Assembly (NCBI GenBank): GCA_963733055.1
Contig: CAVTBR010000002.1
Coordinates: forward strand, 32,001 to 96,000
Reading direction: 5' to 3'
DNA: 64,000 nt
From: Candidatus Bathyarchaeota archaeon
Lineage (GTDB): Archaea; Thermoproteota; Bathyarchaeia; 40CM-2-53-6
The position numbers and the translations under genes were made by a program. Below are positions 1-11,349 of the stretch, piece by piece. The notes beneath the pieces are model-generated. The model worked only from the letters and a program-made list of their open reading frames with translations, was not told the origin of the DNA and made no database searches. Position 1 is the stretch's first letter. Every line of letters begins with the position of its first letter.

Positions 1-925
1 CACCAATGAGCCCCCCTATGATGACTATGAGAGTCATGTAGAAGAAAGCGCCCTCCAGAACTGGATAGTCCCTGTTGAGGATCGCGTCCACAATCAGGTC
101 GCCAACCCCGGTGTACCCGAAGACTACTTCAACCAACACGACGGCACTCATGAGGCTGGCGAGCGAATACCCTAGGAGCGATACAACTGGCAATAGGGAA
201 TTTCGAAGAACATACCCGAACGCGATCGTCCTCTCCTTGAGCCCACGAGATTTTGCGGCTAAGACATAATCGCTCTTCAGCGCCTCTTGAGCCGCTCCTC
301 TTAGAACAAAATAGTTCTGTCCAAACACGACGGCAGTAAGCGTAACAATGGGAAGAATGGCGTGGGTAATCACGGACCTAGCGTAGTTTAGGCCCGTTCC
401 CGGATTGAAATCGATGTTCCCAAAAACGGGCAGCCATCTTGCAGTGACCGCGAAAATCCAAATGAGGATCATCGCGATCCAAAAGGCGGGTGTCGACCAA
501 AACAAAATTGAAGTGTAAAGGGAAGCGATCTCGAACTTTCCCCCGCGGCGGAGGGAGCTTATCCCGGCGAGAAGGTAGCTGATTTGAAAGGAGAGAAAAA
601 AGCTCGTGATAACGAGCAGTATCGTCCAGGGTAGACGGGCTAGAATGAGGTCGGTTACGGTAATAGGATAGTAGTTGAAGGACACGCCGAAGTACGGAGG
701 CCACGAGAAGACTCCCTTCAGGAACAAGTAATACTGGACGTATTCCGGCTGATTAAGGCCGAATCTCGCCTCCAGAAGCAAAATCTCATTTTGAGGCAGT
801 TTGGTTCCCGATGCAAAAATCTCCGCAGCATTTCCAGGAACAAGCCTTGGTAGTATGAAGTCTAAGTTCAGGGCGATGATGAATACTGCGATGGAGATCA
901 GCACCCTACGTTTTAGAAAGTCCAT
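1..925 (-). CDS. ABC peptide/nickel-family permease (DppB/OppB-like), runs off the window
   Basis: Manual translation from ATG 925: MDFLKRRVLISIAVF...PRLVPGN...DYVLAAKSRGLKERTI (EAA loop)...NRDYPVLEG. Not in the ORF track because it has no stop inside the window. Confidence 0.9.
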   Translation of the reverse strand, partial: MDFLKRRVLISIAVFIIALNLDFILPRLVPGNAAEIFASGTKLPQNEILLLEARFGLNQPEYVQYYLFLKGVFSWPPYFGVSFNYYPITVTDLILARLPWTILLVITSFFLSFQISYLLAGISSLRRGGKFEIASLYTSILFWSTPAFWIAMILIWIFAVTARWLPVFGNIDFNPGTGLNYARSVITHAILPIVTLTAVVFGQNYFVLRGAAQEALKSDYVLAAKSRGLKERTIAFGYVLRNSLLPVVSLLGYSLASLMSAVVLVEVVFGYTGVGDLIVDAILNRDYPVLEGAFFYMTLIVIIGGLIG

Positions 926-993
926 TCAAACTACCTTTGCCTCTCCGCTAGCGAGAGGCCTTCAATTGGTTCGCTAGTCGCTAATCGCAGTTT

Positions 994-2793
994 CTATGGA
1001 CTCTTGGCTTTTGATTTGCGACGCATGAAATAAGCGGCGCCGCCTACAATTACCACAATAACGACTCCTACCGCGCTGAGCGTAACATAATCGGGTCCAG
1101 CAGCTGCGGATGTTGTGGTCGTTGAACTTGTGCTCGTGGCCGCCCCTACGGGTTGGAGGTTTACGAAGGCGGTGCCATTCATGATTTGGGCGCCGTACTC
1201 TATGTAGCCGGTTGGCCAGTTGGTCCAGTATTGGGTGTTGTAGGCCCAGACGGCGTCTGGGTATGCCATGATAATCGTTGGAAGGTATTGGGCGTTTAGG
1301 GCCTGGATGTTGTGTAGGTATTGCTGCTCCATGGCTGGGTCAGCGGTTTGTTGGAAGGCGGTGAAGTTGCTTTGGTATTGCGCGTCGATGTTTGGAGGGT
1401 ATTCCCAGTGGTGATTCGCGGTTGAAGGGAGCCAGTATACGTTCCAACCCTGGAGGCTGTCAAGGTACGGGTTGCCCCAGACGGGCGCGTTTGCGGTGAA
1501 CAGAATCATTGCGCTTCTTATTCCGTTTGTGTTGCTTGCGTAGTTGCCTACAATGCTTGAAGCGGAGGTTGTCTGGAGGTTGACCTTGAATCCCAAGGTC
1601 TGTAAGTTACCTTGAATTACGCTTGCGCCGACGGTGTCGATTGTATTGTCAGTGTCCGTCCACAGACTCAATGTGATGGCTGTTCCGTTCGGGTAATGCA
1701 GAAAGCCGTCTGACGCTTTTGTAATTCCGATCTGATTTAGCAGCGCCAACGATTTCGTTTGATCAAATGAATACTGGGCAATACTTGGGTTATACCAAAA
1801 CGTTGCAGACGGGGACACTACTCCCTCCGCCGAGTATCCAGTTAAGCCGTAGCCGTTCAACGCTTGGTTGACGAAGGCGTTCTGATCGATACCGAAAGCT
1901 AGCGCTTGCCTGAAGTTTGTCATATTGTAGGGGTACATGGAGTCATTGTACTCCAACGAACTGCCGTAGAGACCTTTCTCGTCCAGAATGTGCATGTTCG
2001 CATTCTGCAGCACGGCCTGTACGTTCGACGGCTCAACCAGAGCCAAATCCGTCGAACCCGACTGCAGGATACCGGTCGTGAGTGAGAGCGACTCGACGAA
2101 GTTAACGTCGATCTCGCTGATCTGAGGTTGAGTCGTGAAGTATGGGTTCCTGAGCATCACCATTTGGGTCTGCCCTGATTGATAGTTACTAACGTAGAAC
2201 GGCCCGGATACCACGTCTGTTCCGAAGTTGTTTGAGGCGGCTCCCTGACTCTGAATGAATGAGGATGGATATACGGGGGTATACAGGTCCCAGTTGAACT
2301 TGTCCGGCCAATGTGCGTCGGGCGTATTCAACTCATAAACTGCTGCACTACTGTTTAGCGCAGATTGTGACTTCACTTCCGGCCCCATCGCGAGGTAGTC
2401 GTAAGTCGCGTTGAATCCGAATTTCGGTCCGAAGGTATCGAGAATGTCCTTAGAGGTTATGGCTGTGCCGTCAGACCACTTCAGGCCTGGTTTGATGTTG
2501 AACGTCCACTGAGTATAGTTGTCGTTATGGGCGATCCAATCTGTTACAGCGAGTGAATTGTCCAGAGTCCCATCGGGAGCGGCGACGGGGGAGCCGTAGT
2601 ATTGCATTCCTATGAGGAGGCCACCAGACGTGCCGGAGACCAGAGTGTTGGGGTTGATGCTGCTCGGTGCTCGAATGAGTGTCAGCCTGAACGTAGTACC
2701 ATTCTGAGCATTAGCTCTCGAGGCCATGAGAGGAATCATGCTGACAATAATCAGCATTGCACAAACGAACGTAATACTCCTTCTTGAGAACAA
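994..2793 (-). CDS. ABC transporter substrate-binding protein, family 5
   Basis: Signal peptide, WTFNIKPGLKWSDG motif, Thr/Ser linker and C-terminal TM anchor; adjacent to the permease. Confidence 0.9.
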   Translation of the reverse strand: MFSRRSITFVCAMLIIVSMIPLMASRANAQNGTTFRLTLIRAPSSINPNTLVSGTSGGLLIGMQYYGSPVAAPDGTLDNSLAVTDWIAHNDNYTQWTFNIKPGLKWSDGTAITSKDILDTFGPKFGFNATYDYLAMGPEVKSQSALNSSAAVYELNTPDAHWPDKFNWDLYTPVYPSSFIQSQGAASNNFGTDVVSGPFYVSNYQSGQTQMVMLRNPYFTTQPQISEIDVNFVESLSLTTGILQSGSTDLALVEPSNVQAVLQNANMHILDEKGLYGSSLEYNDSMYPYNMTNFRQALAFGIDQNAFVNQALNGYGLTGYSAEGVVSPSATFWYNPSIAQYSFDQTKSLALLNQIGITKASDGFLHYPNGTAITLSLWTDTDNTIDTVGASVIQGNLQTLGFKVNLQTTSASSIVGNYASNTNGIRSAMILFTANAPVWGNPYLDSLQGWNVYWLPSTANHHWEYPPNIDAQYQSNFTAFQQTADPAMEQQYLHNIQALNAQYLPTIIMAYPDAVWAYNTQYWTNWPTGYIEYGAQIMNGTAFVNLQPVGAATSTSSTTTTSAAAGPDYVTLSAVGVVIVVIVGGAAYFMRRKSKAKSP

Positions 2794-2836
2794 AGTCTCT
2801 CACGACACGTGTATTGCCGATCAACAAATGCGAAGT

Positions 2837-4415
2837 TTATTCTGGTGGAATTTGCGCCCACACTTTGGTTAGGTCTATTCCGTGAGCTTTGTTGTAGAAG
2901 TAGGAGGCCGCGAAAATTGCTATGGGTATCAGTACGACGACTACGATGATCACTTGCGCTTGAGAGCTGAATGAGGCTACTGCTGGGTTCGTCACTGCGT
3001 TAAATCCCAAGTAACCAAAGAGGATCGCGCCTATTACCCCAAGAAGGGATATGACCGGAAATCCGCCTATTCGCGCTTTCCATGATGCGGCCTCGAAAAT
3101 GGCTTTCCTGCGGAACGGAAGAATGATCGCGCCCAAGGCCGTTAGGAACCAAACGACCGCGAACAGAAAGATCCCGTTTACTTGAGTCGTGATGAATGAG
3201 ACGAAGAAGTACAGGTACATTGGAACGAGAGTGCAAGCTGAGGCAACGATGATCGCGACATAAGGCGTGTGGAATCTGTCGCTGACGTTGGCTAGTGCAG
3301 TGGGGACAGTTCTGTCGAATGCCCAAGACATGAAAAGTCGACTTATGAATACGATCCCGAGCCAGCCCCAACCAATGTTACCTACGAACAACCCGCCTAC
3401 AATTATCCAGAGCAGCACGCTGCTTGGGTTGAATAATGTGACAAAGACCGTCGGAACAATTGAAAACCCTCCCCCTACCGTTAGCGTCCAGGCTTCAAGG
3501 AATGAGATTCCTACCAAGTTGTCAAAAATGTATGTAAGACCGAACCAGACCAGGATCGATACGATCTCTGCGAGAACCAATCCGATTAGAAGAGATCGGC
3601 GCAGGATTCTTGATCTCGCTACCCACCATCTGCATGACCGGGTAGGGTCCAATGCTAACGAATAGCAGCGGAACAACGGCGCCGAGGGCAACGAGCGACG
3701 TACCCGGCATGTAACCCTTTGCCGCCGCATCCGAGAACACCTTAGCAACGCCTCCAGGGAAGTATTGGGCGTAGGCTGCGCTAAAGTCAGCGGGTGAATG
3801 AATCATGAATGTCACGACAGTTAGAAGCAGTACGACTGCTCCGTATGCAAAAAACGCAAGTACAATTGCCCTGAACACTCTCCCTCCCGCTATGATCGCC
3901 GCTGTTCCAATAATCAGAATGACCACACTGATTGCGAAAAGGGTGATTGGGGAAGAAGTAGTCCAGGGGGTAATGAAGTTGCCCAGGTTTGTAATGTTTG
4001 GGTCATTTAATACCGAACCTGCAAACGACAATTGGGTTCCTGACTCTGCGAACGCCCAATATGAGTTGGAACCAGCTGATGTCAGAGATGCAATGAAGAA
4101 CAGGAAGCTGGCGACAAAACCAAGAGGCCCAGCAATTGATCGAGAGATGAAAACGTAATCCCCTCCCGATCGAGGCATTACCACGGTCACCTGCCAATAG
4201 AGCAAGACGATAACGATGGCGATAACAGCCCACACGCCCAATGCCGCGTAATAGTTAACGTTCTGATAGTAGTCGGGCGTGAGCCAGAAGATCCCGGCCC
4301 AGCTTGTCAACCAAGGAAAGTAAATGATGCTCCAAACGAAGACGTCAAGTGAGGAAAGCTGCCGTACTAGTCCAGTAGCTTCACGAACAAACAGAGTCGG
4401 ATGGGCTTTAGCCAA
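2837..4415 (-). CDS. APC-family amino acid/amine permease, split by a +1 frameshift near 3603
   Basis: LFVREATGLVR and MPRSGGDY motifs. SEIKNP continues as RRSLLIGL in the other frame. Paralog of 8563..10254. Confidence 0.8.
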
Positions 4416-4480
4416 ACCATTAACCTAGGCGTTTAGCTGAGGTTATAACAGATATAAGACCTACCATAACCCTCGATCGG

Positions 4481-5236
4481 ATGGGTGAGTCAAGCGTGAT
4501 CTTTGAAGGGATTTCCATTGTGGACGCCCATTGCCACATTGGCTATTTTGGGGGATGGGCGAATGTAGGAATTACAGCTGAGGAATTGATTGCGGTAAAT
4601 AAGAAATTCAATGTAACTCACTCGATCGTTTTCACGTTACCGAACAGCCTTTCGATTGAGGCTTCGGAGAAGTACCCGAATGATATTTCCAGTTACGTTT
4701 GGCTTAACCCGTTTGAGGGAGAGAAGGCCGTAAACGAGCTGCGCACCTCTGTGAAGGAGCATGGTTGCAAGGGGGTAAAATTACATCCCTTGTTTCAGGC
4801 ATTCATCGCGGACGACCCGATTGTTTACCCGATTATGGACGAGGCTAGACGGCTGAAGGTGCCTGTAGCAATTCATTCCGGTCACCCGCCCTTCTCCCTC
4901 CCCTGGAGTATTGGAGAATTAGCGGAAGTCTACCCGGACGTTACTATTGTGATGCTCCACATGGGCCACGGTCACGGACTCTACATACGAGCCGCAATCA
5001 ATACAGCAAAAAGATACCCGAACATCGTACTGGAAACATCAGGCATGCCAATGCACACCAAAATCAAAGAAGCCATGGACACCGTTGGAGATGATCGCGT
5101 GATGTATGGATCAGATATGCCATTTCATCATCCTTCAGTCGAACTGCAACGCGTCAAGATGGCCGGGCTAACCGAGAGTCAGCTCAGAAGGCTACTGCAC
5201 GACAATGCAGCTGAGAAATTGGGACTGACCGTATAA
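4481..5236 (+). CDS. Amidohydrolase family (Amidohydro_2) metal-dependent hydrolase
   Basis: DAHCH, GVKLHP, HSG, HMG and YGSDMP motifs. Confidence 0.9.
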   Translation: MGESSVIFEGISIVDAHCHIGYFGGWANVGITAEELIAVNKKFNVTHSIVFTLPNSLSIEASEKYPNDISSYVWLNPFEGEKAVNELRTSVKEHGCKGVKLHPLFQAFIADDPIVYPIMDEARRLKVPVAIHSGHPPFSLPWSIGELAEVYPDVTIVMLHMGHGHGLYIRAAINTAKRYPNIVLETSGMPMHTKIKEAMDTVGDDRVMYGSDMPFHHPSVELQRVKMAGLTESQLRRLLHDNAAEKLGLTV

Positions 5237-5238
5237 AT

Positions 5239-6594
5239 TTACTCGAAAACTATCTTCCCCGGGTTCATTATGTTGTCTGGGTCTAGCGATTTCTTGATTC
5301 GTCGCATTAGTACGAGAAGGTTCTTGTCATCGAATTCATACGGGTAGAATTCTCTTTTCAGGAACCCTATTCCGTGAACCGCTGAAACGGTAGCGCCCTC
5401 TTCCGCGGCGAATTTGAGCATCTCCGCTGTCGCCGCGTTCTTCACCTTCAATCCTGTTTCACTGTTGTCGAATGCGTACATCACCCACAGTTGAGTGGGA
5501 ATCAGATTGAACCCGCCCCCATGCCATTTCATTCCGTGCTTGAGCGCAATCGAGCGCCACTCATAGTACACTGAAATGATTTGGTCGAGCGGTAACGTGA
5601 CGCTTTCCATTCCGTAGACTTGATTATCGGGTAGGTTTGCCGGAAAGGCTTCGTGATGGCTCTTCCAAAAATCCGTTACAGCTTGCTTGCCTGCGTCAAC
5701 TCCCCCATTCGATTCACAAACTGAAAGAGCCCTGTCCCTTTGGGCTGCTACCACCTCTTTGACTCCAGCGAAACCGAGAACTAGCATCCCGAAGGAGGTA
5801 ACCTCTGACCCAGAGGTCTTTGGCGCCACTTTGACTACATCTACACAGTGATGAATCCCCAAACGGAGCCCCAATCGTCCGAGTTCCATCGATGCCTTCG
5901 AAGCCTGCTTGAAATCGTCGAACACGAGAATTCGTGTTTCTGTGGCTTCCGGCATCGGGAACGTTTTCAATGTTGCCTGAGTAACCACTCCAAGAACTCC
6001 CTCAGCCGCGACAAATAAGTGGGTCAAGTTGAGCGCGGAGGTTGGTCGGTCCAACGGTCGCCCCGTACTAACAATTGTTCCATCGGCCAACACGACACGG
6101 AGGCGGAGAACTCTCTGCCTCATCGACCCCAGATTACTGTACCATCCGTCGCCGCCTATCTGGTCTGTTGAGATTGAGCCTCCAATCGAAACGACCGGCC
6201 CACTTCCCGGATCAAAACCCAGCGTAAGACCTCGCTTGTTGAGTTCATCTTCAATTGCCAGAATATTCGCGCCGGTTTCGGCCGTAACATGGTAGTTCCG
6301 CTCATCGATCTCCAGGATTTTATTCATCGCCGTGAGATCGATCATCATGCCGCCCTGGAGCGCTACTGCTCCGCCGACGAATCCTGTCCCTGCCCCTCTG
6401 GGGGTGATGGGTATCTTCTCACGGGCAGCGAGCTTCACCAGTTCCGATACTTGCTCTTCTGAAGTAGGGATCACTACGACATCCGGTGGGAAACCGTGAT
6501 CGAGGTCAATGAAATCCGTCGAGTGATCTTGGAAATAGTATGCTCTTTCGGAGTAAGTAGTCCTCACGTTCTTTGGCCCGACGATGGCTTTCAC
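5239..6594 (-). CDS. FAD-linked oxidoreductase, GlcD/D-lactate dehydrogenase (VAO) family
   Basis: PRGAGTG, EGVLGVVT, HGIG and LDPDNIMNPGK motifs. The start may lie slightly upstream across another +1 indel. Confidence 0.85.
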   Translation of the reverse strand: MKAIVGPKNVRTTYSERAYYFQDHSTDFIDLDHGFPPDVVVIPTSEEQVSELVKLAAREKIPITPRGAGTGFVGGAVALQGGMMIDLTAMNKILEIDERNYHVTAETGANILAIEDELNKRGLTLGFDPGSGPVVSIGGSISTDQIGGDGWYSNLGSMRQRVLRLRVVLADGTIVSTGRPLDRPTSALNLTHLFVAAEGVLGVVTQATLKTFPMPEATETRILVFDDFKQASKASMELGRLGLRLGIHHCVDVVKVAPKTSGSEVTSFGMLVLGFAGVKEVVAAQRDRALSVCESNGGVDAGKQAVTDFWKSHHEAFPANLPDNQVYGMESVTLPLDQIISVYYEWRSIALKHGMKWHGGGFNLIPTQLWVMYAFDNSETGLKVKNAATAEMLKFAAEEGATVSAVHGIGFLKREFYPYEFDDKNLLVLMRRIKKSLDPDNIMNPGKIVFE

Positions 6595-6889
6595 TTCATC
6601 CAGCCAACCTAGCCGGGGGCAACTTCGGCTGCCTTGCTTGACGGCACCTGACTTTGATAGTATTTCACGTCACAATCGTGGTGCACTAAGCCCTTCACCG
6701 CGGAGTAATCTGGGCGTTCATCTTTCCTGATTTCTTTACCACAATGAGCACAACGTGACAACTCTCGAGCCTCTCTGTTCACGTAGAGCTAGATTTTCGG
6801 CCTTAATTCCTTTCGTCAGACTATCAGTAATCGGTCGCTGGCTAGAAGAAAGGCCATAAGAAGCACCAAGCCATTGCGAGCGGCTTGCT

Positions 6890-7291
6890 ATGGTACGTTG
6901 CTCGACGATCATCAGATTTCTGACTTGGCTGGTAAACAGGACGCCAGAAGCAAAGGATAAAGCGGCTAACTGGAGCAAAACAATTCAGTTTACGCTAACG
7001 GGGGAAGACCCATTCTACGTGACATTCATTGACAAAAGGATGAGTTACCACCCAGGCACAGCGGGGGCTCCTGACCTAGAGTTCGTTTCCAAGTCCAAAG
7101 ATTTTTTCGACATAATAACTGGAAAGGCAAGGTTTGATCAAGGCTTCTCGAATGGAACATACACGATACATGGATCAATCACGGATGCTGTTCGATTAAT
7201 GAGGGTCGCCGAGCTGGCATTTGAAGCGCATCCGTTGCTCGACAGAATAGTGCGGGCCGCGATGGGAATTACCCCCCAACGGCATTCTTGA
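6890..7291 (+). CDS. SCP2 sterol-binding domain protein
   Basis: IQF...PDL...GSITDA pattern; paralog of 28882..29280. Confidence 0.7.
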   Translation: MVRCSTIIRFLTWLVNRTPEAKDKAANWSKTIQFTLTGEDPFYVTFIDKRMSYHPGTAGAPDLEFVSKSKDFFDIITGKARFDQGFSNGTYTIHGSITDAVRLMRVAELAFEAHPLLDRIVRAAMGITPQRHS

Positions 7292-7358
7292 AGGGGCGGA
7301 TAAGTCATAAATACGCACCTCACGAGCCTACCCCGTTTTCAATAATCTTCCAAATTAG

Positions 7359-8472
7359 GTGAATTCACTGCTCCTCTTTGCTCCTTTCGTGATTGAACTT
7401 CCTCCCGAGGTGCGCAAAGCAATGGCGAAGCAAGTCATCCATCCTGATCTCGATGAAGCGTTCTTTGACCTCTACGACAGCGTAGTGCGTAAGACCAGTA
7501 AGATCTACGGGACTGCGAAATGACCTATTCATTATCCCAGGAGAAGGAATGGTCGCACTTGACGCAGCAGTCGCCAACCTAGTCGAGAAGGGAGACCGAG
7601 TTCTTTCCATCTCTTCGGGATTCTATGGTGATGGACTAAGAGAGTTTGCGGTGAACTATGGTGGCGACGCGACCCTATTGCGTAGCGAGGATGGCGATAT
7701 TGTCGAACCAGCCGATATCGAGAGGCAACTCGAAAAGGATCCACAGATCAAGGTTGCAACCTTTGTTCATGTCGAGACACCTTGCGGAACACTTGGCCCA
7801 TTGGCTGAGGTTGGGAAGATTTGTGATGACCATGGAGTCATCTTGATAGCCGACACCATAACATCCGTGGGCGGCGTCCCAGTGAACGCAGATCGGAACC
7901 ATGTCGATGTTGTCCTTGGGGCCAGCCAAAAGTGCTTCAGTGCACCACCCGGCCTAGCAATGATTTCCGTGAGCCCGAGGGCATGGGAAAAGATTGAGAG
8001 GCGAAAGGAGAAGGTCCCCTCATTCTATCTCGATCTTTTGCCCTGGAAGAATATGTGGCTTAAGAAACGCGAGTTCCCCTACACACAGTCTGTATCCGAT
8101 ATCTTCGCCCTCAACGCAGGTTTGGACCTCATTCTTAAGGAAGGATTGAATCGGGTTTATGCGAGGCATCGGAAGGTAGCCGATTTCGTGCGCGATTCTT
8201 GTCGAGACATTGGGCTTGAAATCTTCGCAAAACGGAGAGAAATCTCTTCCAAAACTGTGACGGCCGTTAAGGTGCCCGCGGGTATAGATGAGAAACAATT
8301 GAGAATGGTGATGGCAAAGCGTCACGGAGTCATCATATCCCACTCCTGGGGGAAGACCGCGGGCAAAGTTGTTCTTCTCGGTCACACCGGGTACAATGCC
8401 CAAGAGAAGAAGGCTCGGATCGCCATGAGCGCACTTTCAAAGTCTTTGAAAAGTCTAGGTTTCAAAAAGTAA
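7359..8472 (+). CDS. Class V aminotransferase (pyridoxamine:pyruvate aminotransferase-like), +1 frameshift near 7514
   Basis: GTG 7359 gives MNSLLLFAP...HPDLDEAFFDLY...IYGT, which joins RNDLFIIPGEGMVALDAA. HVETP and SQK (Schiff-base Lys) motifs present. Confidence 0.8.
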
Positions 8473-8562
8473 ATTCGCATTGTATGAGACTTGTTACGAC
8501 TGCCATTCAATTTCCGGTTTGCCGTTGGACGGCACGGGAGGATCGCGCGAAATGCGCCGAAT

Positions 8563-10254
8563 TTAGACAGGCGGCATTTCGGCGAAGCTTAGGGATAGGT
8601 CAATGCCCTGTTTCTTTCGTATGCCCCATGCGACTAAGTAGACTAGGATGCAGGCGAGGAAGATGCCGAAGACGAATTCTATCGAACTTCCAGTTGGAAC
8701 AGAGACGTATCCCAATGCAGGGCCTGCGACGAATATCCATCCTATGAATAGGTTCACGATTAGGGAAAGTACGCCCATGATCGCGAGAACCGAGACGCCT
8801 CCAACCTTGTACTTTGCGGCTGGCGAAGCTTCGAAGATTTGCTTGTTTCGGTAGGGGAACACGATGGCTGTTACGCTGATGAGTACGTATGCGATTTGAG
8901 TGGCTAGGCCTGCGGTGGAGAAGTAGCTTGTTAGCGCGGTGTAGTAGATTATGAGGTAGAGGAATATCTCGCAACCTATTGCGGAAATTACTAATGCTAC
9001 GAGCGGTGAACGCGTTTTCTGGGTTACGTAGGCGATCTTTTCCGGCAATACTCTATCCATCGCAGCCGCAAACATGATTCTTGTCGATGCAAAGTAAACA
9101 ATCAGGATTACTTGGAAAAGTCCGAACGTGAGGCCTACCAAGATTAGCGTCCACACTACCGGGCTACTACTCAGTGATGCCACGAAGGCCGGGTAGTAGG
9201 GATTGTAGAAGAATGCGAGGGGGTTGGTTGAAGGGTCGAAGTTGTAGTATAGCGTATAAAATGAGTCCAGAAATTGCAAGCCCACAACAGCTTCAAGCAG
9301 ATACCACAAGGCGAGAAGGAAGAGTGCGAACAGAAGGCTTGACCCAACCTGTATCCACACCTGCACCTTGAGGCTCTCGGCGCTCTTTATTTCCGATAGA
9401 TTGTAGATGCTCCAGAACGCGTATCCAAATGACACCCAGATTACGCCTAAGAGAGCCAACGTTCCCGGCCAACTGAATGCGGGAGTGGTAAGGTTGGCTG
9501 TTTGGATAATGTATTGGTAGTAACCGCCGGCACTTTGGACCGCGTTCGTTACAGTTTGGTTGCCCTGCGCGTGTACTAATGGCATCGTGAATGAGTTGAA
9601 GTTCTGAACAAACGCAGCGTGGGTCGTAGTCGCTAAAACCAAAAGAATCGTCGCGGCAGAGACAACCGATCCAGCGAACAGGATGTATTGCAGACGGACG
9701 TAGAACCGCATGCCCAGTGCAGCGATTACAAGGCCAAGCAGAATGACGACGGTCGTTATGGCAAAGTTCGCAGTATTGTACCCAAAGTTTGCGGCAAGGG
9801 TGGCCGCTAGATTCGCGAAGTAGGAGTTCGACATTCCGAGGAGAGCAAAGTATGGTTGAAAGCCGACCGAGGCTATGAGCATGCCCAAGAAACTTGCGAA
9901 ATACCACTGCCAGATTGTCCACGCTGAAAATGTTGATCCGAACCCTATGATTGGATGAAGTACCCGACTCTGCCAGACATAATCTCCTCCTGAACGAGGC
10001 ATCGCTGATGAGAGCATGGAGGTCGCCAAATAGAACGGAATGGCGATGATCGCCATGAGTAGGATGGCCAAGCCAACGTTTGCGCCCAAGAAACTGGATG
10101 AATAGGCTATGGAGTAAAGGGTCACCCAAGTGAAGGTGCAAAGGCCGATGGCCATGAAGTTGTAGATGAACGCCTGATGAGGCGCCATCTCACGGACTAA
10201 CCCGGAGGTCTTTCTAACGAAAATCTGTTTTGACGATGCCATTTGGAAGAGCAC
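8563..10254 (-). CDS. APC-family amino acid/amine permease
   Basis: IFVRKTSGLVRE and MPRSGGDY motifs, many TM helices. Confidence 0.9.
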   Translation of the reverse strand: MLFQMASSKQIFVRKTSGLVREMAPHQAFIYNFMAIGLCTFTWVTLYSIAYSSSFLGANVGLAILLMAIIAIPFYLATSMLSSAMPRSGGDYVWQSRVLHPIIGFGSTFSAWTIWQWYFASFLGMLIASVGFQPYFALLGMSNSYFANLAATLAANFGYNTANFAITTVVILLGLVIAALGMRFYVRLQYILFAGSVVSAATILLVLATTTHAAFVQNFNSFTMPLVHAQGNQTVTNAVQSAGGYYQYIIQTANLTTPAFSWPGTLALLGVIWVSFGYAFWSIYNLSEIKSAESLKVQVWIQVGSSLLFALFLLALWYLLEAVVGLQFLDSFYTLYYNFDPSTNPLAFFYNPYYPAFVASLSSSPVVWTLILVGLTFGLFQVILIVYFASTRIMFAAAMDRVLPEKIAYVTQKTRSPLVALVISAIGCEIFLYLIIYYTALTSYFSTAGLATQIAYVLISVTAIVFPYRNKQIFEASPAAKYKVGGVSVLAIMGVLSLIVNLFIGWIFVAGPALGYVSVPTGSSIEFVFGIFLACILVYLVAWGIRKKQGIDLSLSFAEMPPV

Positions 10255-10317
10255 GCAACGAAAGGATGGTAGTGACCCGGTTTGTATTTAAAACTGACCG
10301 TATTCTGGAAACGAAAC

Positions 10318-11349
10318 TCATGCGGAGATGAACTGATAGGATTTACAACCCTTCTCATCCAGGTTGACGAGGACGCCGCGAAGTATTCCTTCTCCGTACT
10401 CACTTCCCGGGTTTACGCAGACCGTGCGACCGATTTTCGCTACATTCTTGGATTCATGAATATGCCCATGCAAACCGAGCACAGGTTGTGACTTTTCGAT
10501 GGCAGCGCGAATCGCAGTTGACCCTGCCCCGAAGAAAACCAATCCGCCCCCGTCCATCATTGGTTTCGGAGGAAAGACGGAAGCGTCCAATTTCACACAT
10601 GTGTCCAAACCAGAGTCGACTGGTGGGCAGTGGAAGTTGAAGACTGAGTCCGCTGGATTGGTGAGCATTGAAATCTTCTTCTCAACTCTAGTCGCAATCT
10701 CTTCCTCAGTCAAGTCTCGTGGGCAGTTCCATGGTGTGATGTTCGCAAACCCCGCAGAAATCATCTCATGTTTCGAATCGAGCATGACAACTTTGTCTTC
10801 GGGTTGAACGATCTTCTTACTCTTCGCCAATTCTTCATCGACGAAAAGCTCGTCATCGTTACCGGTATTGACGTAAACGGGGCAGGTCGCGTTCGAATCG
10901 GCGTATTCAACCCATTCCCTCAATCTCGTTCGAGTGATATCCTCAAGTATCCTTTCAGATTCTTGCTTGTTCTGAGCGAGATTCTCCATCTCGCCTTTCG
11001 ACGCTACGTAAATATACGAACCGGTTCTTCGAACAATTTCCTCAAACCGGGCCAAATCCTCCTTGCTCTTCATGTCGTGCATTTGCTTCTGGAATTCAGC
11101 ATGATAGGACCCGTCAGCGTCTGCGATGACCGTGACGACGGCCTTGCCCGTAAGATCTCCGCCCATAACGATCACGTTCGCCTTGTAGAACTGACCGCCG
11201 CGGATGAACTTCTTCCATACACTATCGCTGCCATGCACATCGGAAGCGAAGAGAATTCGCGTGAAAGCCAAACCGAACACTACCGCACATCGAAACATTC
11301 GGCCGAATATAATTCTTGAACCATGAATTAATAAGCAAAATAACCGCAT
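10318..11349 (-). CDS. Icc-like metallophosphoesterase (true start probably about 25 codons downstream)
   Basis: SDVHG, GGD, GNDD and HGHIHE calcineurin-like motifs. Confidence 0.85.
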   Translation of the reverse strand: MRLFCLLIHGSRIIFGRMFRCAVVFGLAFTRILFASDVHGSDSVWKKFIRGGQFYKANVIVMGGDLTGKAVVTVIADADGSYHAEFQKQMHDMKSKEDLARFEEIVRRTGSYIYVASKGEMENLAQNKQESERILEDITRTRLREWVEYADSNATCPVYVNTGNDDELFVDEELAKSKKIVQPEDKVVMLDSKHEMISAGFANITPWNCPRDLTEEEIATRVEKKISMLTNPADSVFNFHCPPVDSGLDTCVKLDASVFPPKPMMDGGGLVFFGAGSTAIRAAIEKSQPVLGLHGHIHESKNVAKIGRTVCVNPGSEYGEGILRGVLVNLDEKGCKSYQFISA